This document shows, in pieces, positions 35,406-47,666 of a stretch of 64,000 nt of DNA. Location: the NCBI GenBank assembly GCA_040437565.1, contig JBDOQK010000047.1:124001-188000 (forward strand), in the 5' to 3' direction. The notes beneath the pieces are model-generated. The model was not told the DNA's origin. It was given only the letters and a program-made list of their open reading frames with translations, and did no database searches. Made by a program: the position numbers and the translations under genes. This DNA is from Albugo candida. Lineage: Eukaryota. The first letter of the stretch is position 1; each line of letters begins with the position of its first letter.

Positions 35406-37295
35406 ATGACAAGTTCCAATAATGAAGAGCGCTTGCACGAACTGGAGAAAGTATTGAAGGAAATCAGCAGTCATGAGGAGCGAAAGAATTTGGAAAGCGT
35501 GCAGCAGAGCTTTGTAGAAACGCGGCAACTTGTCCTCCAACAACAGCTCGAGTCAAGTAAGAGATGAAAATACGTTTATCAAAAATCTCACTTTCTCACC
35601 ATCAATGCTTCTTCACTATCAGCGAAAACCGAGCTGGAAGCATGTGTCAAGAGCAAAGCGGTATTATGTGAGAAGATTGGCGAATTGGAGCAGGTTTTTG
35701 GTGCTTTATTGAATAGCTCTTTCACAGCCTAGAAGGCCACATTTAGGATCGAGANNNNNNNNNNNNNNNNNNNNNNNNNNNNNNNNNNNNNNNNNNNNNN
35801 NNNNNNNNNNNNNNNNNNNNNNNNNNNNNNNNNNNNNNNNNNNNNNNNNNNNNNTGCACGAACTGGAGAAAGTATTGAAGGAAATCAGCAGTCATGAGGA
35901 GCGAAAGAATTTGGAAAGCGTGCAGCAGAGCTTTGTAGAAACGCGGCAACTTGTCCTCCAACAACAGCTCGAGTCAAGTAAGAGATGAAAATACGTTTAT
36001 CAAAAATCTCACTTTCTCACCATCAATGCTTCTTCACTATCAGCGAAAACCGAGCTGGAAGCATGTGTCAAGAGCAAAGCGGTATTATGTGAGAAGATTG
36101 GCGAATTGGAGCAGGTTTTTGGTGCTTTATTGAATAGCTCTTTCACAGCCTAGAAGGCCACATTTAGGATCGAGAGCAACACACAAAAATTCAATCAGCT
36201 TTGAAAGAGGAGTTGGAAGCGACAAAAGAGTCGCAACATCTCTCGTCCATGCGTGTTTCCGCATTGGAAAGAAGCAAAGCCGCTTTGAAGCGTCAATACA
36301 TAATGTATTGATTCTGATTTCCTTACAAAGCTCGGTTTTGATTCAAAAGAGTTGTAGAGCTCTGACAGAGAGATTCGAGAAAATGACTCACATGATAGAG
36401 CAAATGGGGCCAGAGTACTGCTGCTTCATACAAGATCTTGGCAATACATTACGCTTTAGAACAAAGCGCCATTGTCTCACTGTGCCATTGTAGATTTTGC
36501 AAAGGTGTTTTCTACCGATGGGGAGAAACGACGACGAGGTCAAGTGGAGAAGCAGAAGGCAAAACATCAAGCAACGCAATGCTACTTGAATCATGGTGAT
36601 TTTGACACAACATCACCTACCAGTGTTTCCAGCTCAAAAGCAGCATTTATCGATCCTATCGAGACAGACACTGGTGTTGATAAAGTCAATGTCGATTTGA
36701 GATCTGACGACCACGAAGTCGTACGACTGAAAAAGGCGAATGATACACTTGCATGTGAAAAGTCTAGTTTGGCACAAGATCTTGATACAGCGAGCAAGGC
36801 GCTAATTCTTATGGAAGGTAGTGAATGAGGGCGATTTGCCAATTGTGAAGGTAGCTGACTACGCTCATAAGAGAAATATGCTTCCATGGAATCGCAGTAT
36901 CTTCTGGAGCAAGAAAACACCAGTAAAAGCTCGGAAATGATCGCGCGATTAGAGCTGGATTTGCATACTACAAAGGAAACGCTCGCAAAGGTTTGATTAC
37001 AGTGTTTGTGTGTTTGCATCTTGTACTGAGCAAGGCTGTGTCTGTAGCAACAACAATCAATAATAAAGCCAGAGGAAGATATGAAAGCTTTGGATACATG
37101 CGAACGCATCAAAATGCTAGAGGTTCTGATCATTATGTCGAGTCAGAAGATGGAGTGATCACGTCTTTTTCTGTACAACATTAGGAGAACCTGGATCAAC
37201 TCAACTCGTATGCGGATCATCTCGAGCTAGTCATATCGGATTGCGATGTATGCACCAAGAAACTCCGGAATGACAATATAAATGACACGAAATGA
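35406..37295 (+). CDS. Multi-exon coiled-coil protein of unknown function; first exons duplicated across the N-gap
   Basis: Series of E/K/L-rich heptad exons bounded by GT-AG; last exon ENLDQLNSYADHLELVISDCDVC. Confidence 0.6.
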
Positions 37296-37309
37296 GTTCG
37301 AATAAGTTG

Positions 37310-39177
37310 TTATGAGTATGCACGACTATGGACCAATTCAAAGAATCTCCTTCCCTCGACATTTAGCTCTCCATACTTCCCCGTCTCGACAATTTCACCT
37401 TTATCGAGGACAATGATACGGCTTGCCTGTTTGATGGTGTGCATGCGATGAGCGATGATGAGCACACTCCTATCTTGAGCAGCGGTCTGGAGGGCTTCAC
37501 GCACAACATTCTCGCTTTGATTATCGAGAAAGCTAGTGGCTTCATCAAAAATCAGAATCTTTGCTTGTTTGTACAATGCTCGAGCGATCGCTATTCGCTG
37601 CTTTTGTCCTCCAGAAAAAGTGGACCCTTTCGCACCCACAAATGTGTCATATTGCTGAACCAATTCTGAGGCGAACTCATGTACGTGTGCCGCTTTTGAT
37701 ACTTCCACAATCCGTTCCATATCGATCTCATCGCTTCCATACGTTATGTTGTCAGCAATGCTGCCTGCGAACAACGATGCGTCCTACAAAGCAGGCATTA
37801 GACTTACAAGACGAGATATATGGAAACTACCTGGATAACGACCCCAATTTGCCGTCGAAGCCAAATGGTATCCAGAGAAGCGATATTTTTCCCGTCCAAA
37901 TACACTTCACCATCAACAGGTTCAATCAGTTTGGTGATAAGTGACGCCAATGTGCTTTTCCCGCTTCCACTTTTTCCCACTACGGCAACGATCTCTCCTG
38001 GAGTTATCTCAAGACTTATATTCTTCAAAACCATTATTTCTGGTCGTGATGGGTAATAGAAGCAAACGTTTCGGAATTCAACGCTACCTTGGACAGGTGT
38101 CAACGTCTCGTTACTTTGCACTTCTTTAGAACTTGGAGAAAATTTTAGCAGGTTCAGTAGCGATTGTGAAGACCGACGCATTCGCTTGAAATCTCCCACG
38201 CACGAAGCAAGCTTTGAGAAACCAAGTCCCATGAACCCGCTGTATAATGCAAAAGACGTCAAAGATCCAATTGTCATCTCATTCTTTGCCACCAACGAGC
38301 CCCCAAAATACAATACCGAATACAACGACAAGTTCACCGACATAGACAAGCCGCCCATGAAGAGCCCTTGCGCAGCTTTCGCTTTCATTGCTGTTACCAG
38401 AACTTGCTGATTCTTTTTACTGAAAATTTTCTCCTCATACGTCTCAGCAGTGTACAATTTGACCGTGAGAATATTGTTGAGCTTTTCTTCAGCGATCCCA
38501 GTCATACGTGCAAGTTCATCTTGATGTTTCTTGGCCAATTTGCTGGAAAACTTGCTAAAGATCATTGCAGTCGACCCAACAAGAGGGAGAATCGACAATG
38601 AAACTAGCGTCAATTTGGGTGAGATAGTCAGAAGCATGGCAGAGCCACCGATCGCAGAATTTAGACTTCGGAATCCACTCGCTAGGACGTCCACCAGCGC
38701 ATTGGCTGTAACCTGACAATCATCGCTCAAGCGTGTGACGAGCTCTCCAACTTTTCTTTGCTGGTAAAACGCGTAATTCTGGTACAAGAGGCTTCGGTAA
38801 AGATTCTGTCGAAGTCGTAAAGCAACTCGTTCGGCCACAAGTCCCAGCGAATAAACACGCACAAAGGATGCAATCGCACCGGTCACAAACGATGACACCA
38901 CAATGGCAAAAAAACCTTTACAGCTTAGCCCAAGTGGTGGAGGTCGTCCAGTTGCCACATCGATCGCCTTACCCATCATCCGCGGAAATAGTAAATTCAT
39001 GGCGGACGCAACGCTCATTCCAAAAATCCCGCAGCTCAATGGGAACCACTGACCCGACATCAAATCGAGCATCCAAACTGAATTACCATCCTTTCCATCA
39101 TTATTATCCGACTTATCCTGCACTTTCAACTTTGCAATCGATTTGTCAGATGCTCGTTTACGACTGAAAAAATTCAT
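37310..39177 (-). CDS. ABCB-type half transporter (ABCB10/Mdl1-like); intron 37784-37830
   Basis: TM domain with GELVTRLSDD; Walker A GKSGSGKS; signature FSGGQKQRIAIARAL; ILIFDEATS; IAHR. Confidence 0.92.
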
Positions 39178-39217
39178 TTGTGCTGGCCAATAAGATCAAC
39201 CGGATTCAACAATTATT

Positions 39218-41636
39218 ATGACCACGAATGGCTGGCTCATTGGTCTTCAATTGGCATCCAAAGCGTCTCGAACATTGTCACGTTCCAACTTTCCATCTTT
39301 ATGCAGTGCAAAGAATCATCGAGTAGGAAGCATGCTGCCAAGCATTCTGCAATATTCGCCTTTAACGTCATATCACGGAGATCGATTGTACTCAAACGAG
39401 ACGAAAACGGATACACACTCTCATACTCAAATTGCACATGAGATCAGTGAATCAATTCGATTGGTATCGACAACGGCTTTGCTCCCAAAGACCATGAATG
39501 ATATCCGAATACTACTACGAACCTGTCAAGAAGCACATTTGCAACAGAGCGCAATACCACTTTGCAAGCTTATTGTTCAAAAAAAGATACTAGATGACCG
39601 TGGATTGATTCTGCAGACGATGCGAATAGCACGAGGCGTTGGTTCCAAGGAATTGATTCTCGAATTGATTGCATTATTACAAAAGCATCCCACGGATGAA
39701 ATATGGAAAGAACGAGGTGTTGTTGCAGGACTCATCCACTCTTGCATACGTCTAGAACTGTTTGAAGCTGGTTTACAAGCACATGAGATCTTGAAGAAAC
39801 ATGGAATCGAAATTGACAAAAGTGTAAAAGCCGAAATGCTCTGTTTATACGTAATAAAGAATCCAACTGCAAACATGAGTAGAATCCTCGAATCTGACCA
39901 AGTTTCCGACTTTTCCTCCAAGCAGCTGCAAATGATTGTGAGAGAGCTTCTGCGATACGAAAACAGCGATGGAGCCATTCGCCTTATCGAGCACTGCAAT
40001 GTGGATCTCAATGTGGCGCGATACACAAAGCTCATTGACGTTTGCTATCGAAAAGGAGATATTGAAAACGCGACAAAGTATGCAAAAGCTTTCTACCACT
40101 CCAATGCTTTTGATTCGAGTCTCAAATCTTACAATGCAGTGATACAAGTACATGGAAGAACGGGGCAACTTGCAAAAGCGTTTCAACTCTACGAGAAAAT
40201 GAAGAAACTCGGAGTCGCACCCAATGTGATCACACTCAAACGCATGTTGCACGCCGTTTACTTCGGAAGATATCCGTCANNNNNNNNNNNNNNNNNNNNN
40301 NNNNNNNNNNNNNNNNNNNNNNNNNNNNNNNNNNNNNNNNNNNNNNNNNNNNNNNNNNNNNNNNNNNNNNNNNNNNNNNTCCTCCAAGCAGCTGCAAATG
40401 ATTGTGAGAGAGCTTCTGCGATACGAAAACAGCGATGGAGCCATTCGCCTTATCGAGCACTGCAATGTGGATCTCAATGTGGCGCGATACACAAAGCTCA
40501 TTGACGTTTGCTATCGAAAAGGAGATATTGAAAACGCGACAAAGTATGCAAAAGCTTTCTACCACTCCAATGCTTTTGATTCGAGTCTCAAATCTTACAA
40601 TGCAGTGATACAAGTACATGGAAGAACGGGGCAACTTGCAAAAGCGTTTCAACTCTACGAGAAAATGAAGAAACTCGGAGTCGCACCCAATGTGATCACA
40701 CTCAAACGCATGTTGCACGCCGTTTACTTCGGAAGATATCCGTCATTTGACGTAAAAATAACCAAATATACGCTGTTGGGATTAGGAGCAATGGGTGCGG
40801 GTTTGGTGCCTTTCATGCAGCTACAGGAACATTATCTGACGACGCTGTTCATTGCTAGCGTTTTGGGATCTATGAGTCTGGCGATTTACATGGTACCAAA
40901 TGGTGTCATGCGTTCTCTCTATCCGGATGTCACAAAGCCTCGAAAAGGAGACATCATCAATGCGTTCTTTCGTCGTTTAAGTGAGGAAGGTCATGCTGGA
41001 CGTGCAATGTATCTTTGGCGAGAAATGATAAAATGGAATGTTGCTCCCGACGCTTCCATCACTGATATTTTCGTCCGCGTCTGTATCCGTAAACGACACC
41101 CGGAATACGCATACAACACGCTCTACAGCGCTTTGGCAGAAACATCATTGGAGAAACAGACATTTCGATTATCAGCTTCTACCACCACTCACCTCATCCA
41201 TTCTTTGATCTCACAATCGCGAACTCAAATGGCGTCCGAGGTGTTTCGTACAGCGAGAGAACAAAAGACATTTACGAAGATATTTCATGAGGAACACACA
41301 ACACATTGGTACGAATTAAGCAAGATTCCGTCCGTCTGCGCGACAAGCTTTTTCATCTCACAAATACTCGCAACAATTCGCGAGAAATTCGCTTCTGATG
41401 CTTCAGTGATTCCACGCGTAGAGTTTACCGTCTGGAATGCAATACAAGTGTTGGATCATTTGGATGAGCATGAACCCGCAATTCGCGCACTCTTCTCAAT
41501 CGATCAACTCACTCTAAAACGACAAAATGCGAGACCGTCTCACCTGTTGGAATCCAGCAATATGGACTCTGTGAAATTGACGGCATCTCCTCAGCAGCTC
41601 CGTTGCTTTATTTCAGCACATCCAAACACGCAATGA
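39218..41636 (+). CDS. Pentatricopeptide-repeat protein, probably mitochondrial, with an internal hydrophobic hairpin; artefactual duplication at the gap
   Basis: SYNAVIQVHGRTGQLAKAFQLYEKMKKLGVAPNVIT and AMYLWREMIKWNVAPD PPR motifs. Confidence 0.85.
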
Positions 41637-41690
41637 CAAACAAAGGAGAACACATTCCTGTGACCAGGTACAAGGCGATTTTAGGTTGAA

Positions 41691-43907
41691 TTAGATAGTC
41701 AGCGATGTCGAACTCGCGTTATCAAATCGCAAGCTCAACTGCTTTTTCTTTAGAAATTCGATCACGCTCATGAGTTGTGGATCTCTTGGATCATTCATTC
41801 CACTTCGTTCCAGGTATCGTATGACGTCTCGGAATGACTTTAGCTGCTCTTTTGCAGTGAGCAACGGAATTGCTTCTTCCTCACCCAATTCTCCGACACC
41901 GTTATGTTCCATTCCAAGCGCATCGGGGATCTTGAATTCTTCATCATTCACTTGTGGATCCTCAATGATGTCTTCATTCAGTCGTTTATGTATATCGTTC
42001 TCCCATCGCGAGTTTACAAGGACTTTGGTATTTACAATTCCGCTCAACTGGAGACAATACAACAAATTCCACAATTCTTCTTCAACGNNNNNNNNNNNNN
42101 NNNNNNNNNNNNNNNNNNNNNNNNNNNNNNNNNNNNNNNNNNNNNNNNNNNNNNNNNNNNNNNNNNNNNNNNNNNNNNNNNNNNNNNTTGCTTCTTCCTC
42201 ACCCAATTCTCCGACACCGTTATGTTCCATTCCAAGCGCATCGGGGATCTTAAATTCTTCATCATTCACTTGTGGATCCTCAATGATGTCTTCATTCAGT
42301 CGTTTATGTATATCGTTCTCCCATCGCGAGTTTACAAGGACTTTGGTATTTACAATTCCGCTCAACTGGAGACAATACAACAAATTCCACAATTCTTCTT
42401 CAACGTTTTTCTCGTCCGTTGGCTCCAATTTACCGTCAAATTCAAATGGATAATTAAGTCCAAGCGGTTTCCACGCATTCAAAATGACTTCTCGAGGCAC
42501 TTGATGCCACGATTCTGTGATCCATCGCATCGCTTGCAATTGTGTGACACGATATATATCCGACATTCCATCTTCCAAGTGATCAATCGCCAATGTCAAA
42601 TGCTTCAAACGATACTTTCCCTTGAACGCTGCCATGATACCACCACGCATTGGCTGAACTTTCATTCCAAGCTGAGGAGACACCATAATCACACGAACAT
42701 TTGTCAATTGAACGCAACCAAGTACATGTGATGGAGCATTATCCATCAACAACAAGACATTCCTATGCGCACTGGCCATCCTTGCGTTAAAGTCACGAAG
42801 CCATTGTTGGAAAATGAACACAGTCATACGAGATTTACTACTGCACATATACTGATACCCGGCTTGTGCTGCCGGCATATTGCGCATGGTTCGAGGTGGA
42901 AGAATATTGCCAATGATATAAGGATCCATCAAGTCACTTGCATCCGCATTCACCGCAAGTAATACTGTCAGTCGTGCTTCATCCACCAACATTGCTTGTG
43001 CGTCATCTCCATGGACCAATTTACTCGGAGGCGCTCGATAGAAAAGCCCGCTTTCATCGACAGTATACAAATCATTGGAAGCATAATTTCGCAATATCAT
43101 TTGTATCTGTTCCAATGGAAGATCAGCAGACACAGGAGGCAATGCATACGCCGGAGAATCATCAACACCACTCAGAATCATACTTGGACCTTCCACGAAA
43201 CTCGGCGGGCCTTCATGATTACTCAATCCAACATGAGGGGAACTACTTTGTGTGGAAATGCTCGTTGATACCGGTAATCGGTCTGTCAAATTGGGTCCTC
43301 GACGTATGAGACCGTGACGCGTCTTGAATGACGCCAACCAGCCATTCGAAAACCCCAACTTTCCATCTAAACCCATTTGTTTTGCTAATTCACGTCCTTT
43401 ATTCTTGATCATATCGCCTGTGATATTGCCTTTTGCTTGTCGTTCCATCACCCAATTCGCTAACACTTGGTCAAAATGAGCGTGGCGTGTGGGTCGTATG
43501 GTCTTGCGATCTGCACCCAACGCGCCACCCAAACTATCGCGAAATAGATGTGCGTTTTTCAGGATATTTGACATTGTTGGCTGTGTCGGCGCTTTTTTCA
43601 GATTGAATTCCAATTTCGCCCAACGACATAAATCTTTTTGTGTGATTTTTGGTGTTGCACGATGTTTCTCACAAATTCTCCGCTTTTGTTCGATTGTCAA
43701 GTTTCCATTTCCGTCGCTTTTGCGCTTACGAGAAATCCCGTTTTTGTATTCGGTTGGGTCCAAAGAGAGGTCAGTGGGGCCCGAAACGGGTGATGACCCT
43801 AACACCGCATCTTGAGTCAGCGATTCCAATCCCAACGTCACATTTTCAGCTGTTAATGAAGGACCTAGTGGCACGGAAGTATTAGGACTTGAAGGTTTCT
43901 GCATCAT
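41691..43907 (-). CDS. pogo/Tigger transposase-derived CENP-B-like protein (two HTH domains plus DDE_1), probably domesticated
   Basis: LTIEQKRRIC..QKDL..WAK..F..P.QPTMSNILK; FSNGWLASFKTRHG; VDESGLFY; LLLMDNAPSH; QPMRGGI in place of QPxD; acidic tail. Confidence 0.85.
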   Translation of the reverse strand: MMQKPSSPNTSVPLGPSLTAENVTLGLESLTQDAVLGSSPVSGPTDLSLDPTEYKNGISRKRKSDGNGNLTIEQKRRICEKHRATPKITQKDLCRWAKLEFNLKKAPTQPTMSNILKNAHLFRDSLGGALGADRKTIRPTRHAHFDQVLANWVMERQAKGNITGDMIKNKGRELAKQMGLDGKLGFSNGWLASFKTRHGLIRRGPNLTDRLPVSTSISTQSSSPHVGLSNHEGPPSFVEGPSMILSGVDDSPAYALPPVSADLPLEQIQMILRNYASNDLYTVDESGLFYRAPPSKLVHGDDAQAMLVDEARLTVLLAVNADASDLMDPYIIGNILPPRTMRNMPAAQAGYQYMCSSKSRMTVFIFQQWLRDFNARMASAHRNVLLLMDNAPSHVLGCVQLTNVRVIMVSPQLGMKVQPMRGGIMAAFKGKYRLKHLTLAIDHLEDGMSDIYRVTQLQAMRWITESWHQVPREVILNAWKPLGLNYPFEFDGKLEPTDEKNVEEELWNLLYCLQLSGIVNTKVLVNSRWENDIHKRLNEDIIEDPQVNDEEFKIPDALGMEHNGVGELGEEEAXXXXXXXXXXXXXXXXXXXXXXXXXXXXXXXXXXVEEELWNLLYCLQLSGIVNTKVLVNSRWENDIHKRLNEDIIEDPQVNDEEFKIPDALGMEHNGVGELGEEEAIPLLTAKEQLKSFRDVIRYLERSGMNDPRDPQLMSVIEFLKKKQLSLRFDNASSTSLTI

Positions 43908-45095
43908 CGCGATGCGTAATAAACTTTGACGAGGTACAAGATTTCGCAACAGCGCCGTCGCGCAATTTTCAGTTTGATTTTGGCTATCACAAAAGGGGGA
44001 GGGGGAGGAAGAATGGAGGTGCGCGCGCCACATTTAATTTTATATTCCACCAATCAGCGGGTGGCAAAACAATTCTCAACCAGTCAAATGATAGCATGCT
44101 CATCATCGTTGATTGTTTGAAGTGATATCACCCTTCCTGTTGACCGATTCTAAATCCTTCTATAACAAGAGTAGTGTCACGCACATTAAATTATCTCTTG
44201 TTGACTATGATCCAATTTCGCGTTGAAGGATCACGGAATACGAGAGGAAGAAAAGATGGACGCTTCTATCGATCCTTCTCATTCATTCGAAATCAAACGT
44301 TCCACCGACGAGGTTTTCGTCAAAAGCTTCACGGGCATCCTCAACAAACGCGGATACAATCTAGAAGACGCGAATGCTTCAGACTCCAACTCGGTATCGA
44401 TCTTGAGCACGACCAGCCTAAATTCCAATTTTTCTTCAATCATCGCAAGCTTGCGTGAACCAATTCACGGACAGACCTCACTCCATCTCGCTTGTCGTAA
44501 AGGGGATCATCAAGTAGTTGACGCATTGATACGAAATGAATGTATTACGCAACTCATCGATCTGACGGACAATAATGGCAACACAGCATTGCATTTCGCT
44601 GTTTCGGCTCTCCGTTATCGGAAAAGCGAAGAAATCGTACAAAAGCTTTTGGATGCCGGTGCTTCGGTTCATGCTCGAAATTCCAAGTCACTTACACCAA
44701 TTGCGGTACACNNNNNNNNNNNNNNNNNNNNNNNNNNNNNNNNNNNNNNNNNNNNNNNNNNNNNNNNNNNNNNNNNNNNNNNNNNNNNNNNNNNNNNNNN
44801 NNNNNNNNNNNGTTTGATTTTGGCTATCACAAAAGGGGGAGGGGGAGGAAGAATGGAGGTGCGCGCGCCACATTTAATTTTATATTCCACCAATCAGCGG
44901 GTGGCAAAACAATTCTCAACCAGTCAAATGATAGCATGCTCATCATCGTTGATTGTTTGAAGTGATATCACCCTTCCTGTTGACCGATTCTAAATCCTTC
45001 TATAACAAGAGTAGTGTCACGCACATTAAATTATCTCTTGTTGACTATGATCCAATTTCGCGTTGAAGGATCACGGAATACGAGAGGAAGAAAAG

Positions 45096-46115
45096 ATGGA
45101 CGCTTCTATCGATCCTTCTCATTCATTCGAAATCAAACGTTCCACCGACGAGGTTTTCGTCAAAAGCTTCACGGGCATCCTCAACAAACGCGGATACAAT
45201 CTAGAAGACGCGAATGCTTCAGACTCCAACTCGGTATCGATCTTGAGCACGACCAGCCTAAATTCCAATTTTTCTTCAATCATCGCAAGCTTGCGTGAAC
45301 CAATTCACGGACAGACCTCACTCCATCTCGCTTGTCGTAAAGGGGATCATCAAGTAGTTGACGCATTGATACGAAATGAATGTATTACGCAACTCATCGA
45401 TCTGACGGACAATAATGGCAACACAGCATTGCATTTCGCTGTTTCGGCTCTCCGTTATCGGAAAAGCGAAGAAATCGTACAAAAGCTTTTGGATGCCGGT
45501 GCTTCGGTTCATGCTCGAAATTCCAAGTCACTTACACCAATTGCGGTACACGTTCTTACTCTAAAAGTGGATAATGCTGTTATTTTAGTGAAATTGCTGA
45601 AGAAGGGAGCAGCCGTAGAGACCGAAATTGAAGGAGATTCCATATTACACGTAGCTGTACGGCGACAGTTGAAATGTGTGGCTTCCACACTTGTCGAATA
45701 TGGAGCTTCTTTTATCTCTCTGAATCATTTGGGTCTAATGGCCTTTGAAATTGCTTCAGTACCCGTGCGTCAAGCGATGCTCTCTAGTATTGTAAGCATT
45801 CAACCATTTCTTTCAATAAATCAGCGGTTCAAATGTATGCGCTGCAACAGGGAATTGCTGACGCGTATTCGTCGAGTGTCATTGGCTTTAAATCGCTTAC
45901 TTCGACTTCCCGTTCGCGATCACAAGCATAACTGTTATCGATGTGGATTAATATATTGTGGTAAATGTGTCTGGTGTCGCCGCTTAACGCTTGGAATACC
46001 GATATTTTTACAGCGGGCTGAATCGGATGCAAAGTTGTGTAAATTACCAATCTGCTCGTTCTGTGATGCAACCTTATGGGAGCACCGCAATCGAAACAAA
46101 TTGGATCTATCCTGA
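45096..46115 (+). CDS. Ankyrin-repeat plus FYVE-like finger protein, paralog of 3148-4188 (the 5' copy at 44256-44711 is an assembly duplicate)
   Basis: QTSLHLACRKG, GNTALHFAV, LTPIAVHVLTLKVD; CMRC..KHNCYRCGLIYCGKC..ICSFC. Confidence 0.85.
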   Translation: MDASIDPSHSFEIKRSTDEVFVKSFTGILNKRGYNLEDANASDSNSVSILSTTSLNSNFSSIIASLREPIHGQTSLHLACRKGDHQVVDALIRNECITQLIDLTDNNGNTALHFAVSALRYRKSEEIVQKLLDAGASVHARNSKSLTPIAVHVLTLKVDNAVILVKLLKKGAAVETEIEGDSILHVAVRRQLKCVASTLVEYGASFISLNHLGLMAFEIASVPVRQAMLSSIVSIQPFLSINQRFKCMRCNRELLTRIRRVSLALNRLLRLPVRDHKHNCYRCGLIYCGKCVWCRRLTLGIPIFLQRAESDAKLCKLPICSFCDATLWEHRNRNKLDLS

Positions 46116-46420
46116 AAGTATTTGTGAGATCAGAGGCATCCTTTTGTGTGGCACAAAGAAGTGATATCGAGGAAATGATGAAGCATCAAGACGTGACGTT
46201 GAAGCTAAAAAACTGGCTGAATCAATCGAGTGGGTACCTATCATTCTAAAGATGGGAATTTGAATAAAGTTGGACCACCTAGAGGTGCTCCTAGGAGATC
46301 CGTCATAATCGGTCTCTTGCGCGAATATCCCCCTTACATTTACTCAAAGTTTTATTATAAACAAGTGATTGCTTCGTTCCCGCATAACGTACTTAAGCGA
46401 ACACATACGGCGGTGCTAAA

Positions 46421-47622
46421 ATGCATGGAGAAAGTAGACAATCGGTATGTCGATTTGTTCTTCGTATCGGAAGTTTACACTCATCCTCGCGACCATAGCT
46501 TCACGATCGCAGTCCAGATGCCGAAAATGCGCCAGTGAGATTATACACAAATACAAACGATCGACGAAAGTATGAGGATCTAGCCGATTTATACGCTATT
46601 ATAAAGGTATATCCAACACATGCTGTGCTCTACCACGTTTCACTACTATTCACAGAGTCTAGAGCATCTTGAAGCAGCATATGTACGCGATGATGTAACA
46701 CAGGAGCAGGTACATCTCTCATGGGGCTTGCTATAATTCTTTATTGCTNNNNNNNNNNNNNNNNNNNNNNNNNNNNNNNNNNNNNNNNNNNNNNNNNNNN
46801 NNNNNNNNNNNNNNNNNNNNNNNNNNNNNNNNNNNNNNNNNNNNNNNNAGTTTACACTCATCCTCGCGACCATAGCTTCACGATCGCAGTCCAGATGCCG
46901 AAAATGCGCCAGTGAGATTATACACAAATACAAACGATCGACGAAAGTATGAGGATCTAGCCGATTTATACGCTATTATAAAGGTATATCCAACACATGC
47001 TGTGCTCTACCACGTTTCACTACTATTCACAGAGTCTAGAGCATCTTGAAGCAGCATATGTACGCGATGATGTAACACAGGAGCAGGTACATCTCTCATG
47101 GGGCTTGCTATAATTCTTTATTGCTGAAATGAGAATTAGTATACAGAAGCATGCACAAGATTAATTTCTCAATTCAAAACGGCTGAAGTCGCTCTCCGTT
47201 TGGGAGGCCACATCACAGATATCGACTCATTCATTCTAGCCAATTGCAAGAATTGTCAGAGAGCATCGGAACGTTTGCGTGCTGGTGTACCTGCCACACT
47301 AATTCACAACACCACGAATCGAAAAAAGGATTCCGTTTGTGTCGCGCAAACTGTGCAGCATTTCATCACATTAATGGATGTACTGAAACTCAACATGCGA
47401 GCTGTGGATGAGATACAGCCATTATTGACCGATATGATGGCGAGCTTGACTCAAATTAGCGGTCTTCCGCCTGATTTCGAGGGTCGTAAAGAGATTGAAA
47501 GATGGGTACGCACAATGAACACGATGAGAGCCTCCGACGAACTTACGGACGATCAAATACGACAACTGAGCTACATTCTGGAGCGATCTTACGCCTCATT
47601 TATATCATTTCTGAATCAATAA
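46421..47622 (+). CDS. VPS28: ESCRT-I subunit Vps28; multi-exon, exons duplicated across the gap
   Basis: VRLYTNTNDRRKYEDLADLYAIIK|SLEHLEAAYVRD|YTEACTRLISQFK; VAQTVQHFITLMDVLKLN..VDEIQPLL. Confidence 0.93.
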
Positions 47623-47666
47623 ACCAAAAGTATAAGAGTTGGAGTTTTAATAAAGTTGAATGATAA

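Noticed and set aside
41691-43907. Active DNA transposon
   Set aside because: Third catalytic Asp is missing, no TIRs seen and little flanking room; treated as a domesticated gene
43972-45551. Apparent tandem duplication of the ankyrin gene and its promoter
   Set aside because: Identical copies flank gap 44712-44811; the same artefact affects the formin, PPR, VPS28, coiled-coil and 57-kb genes
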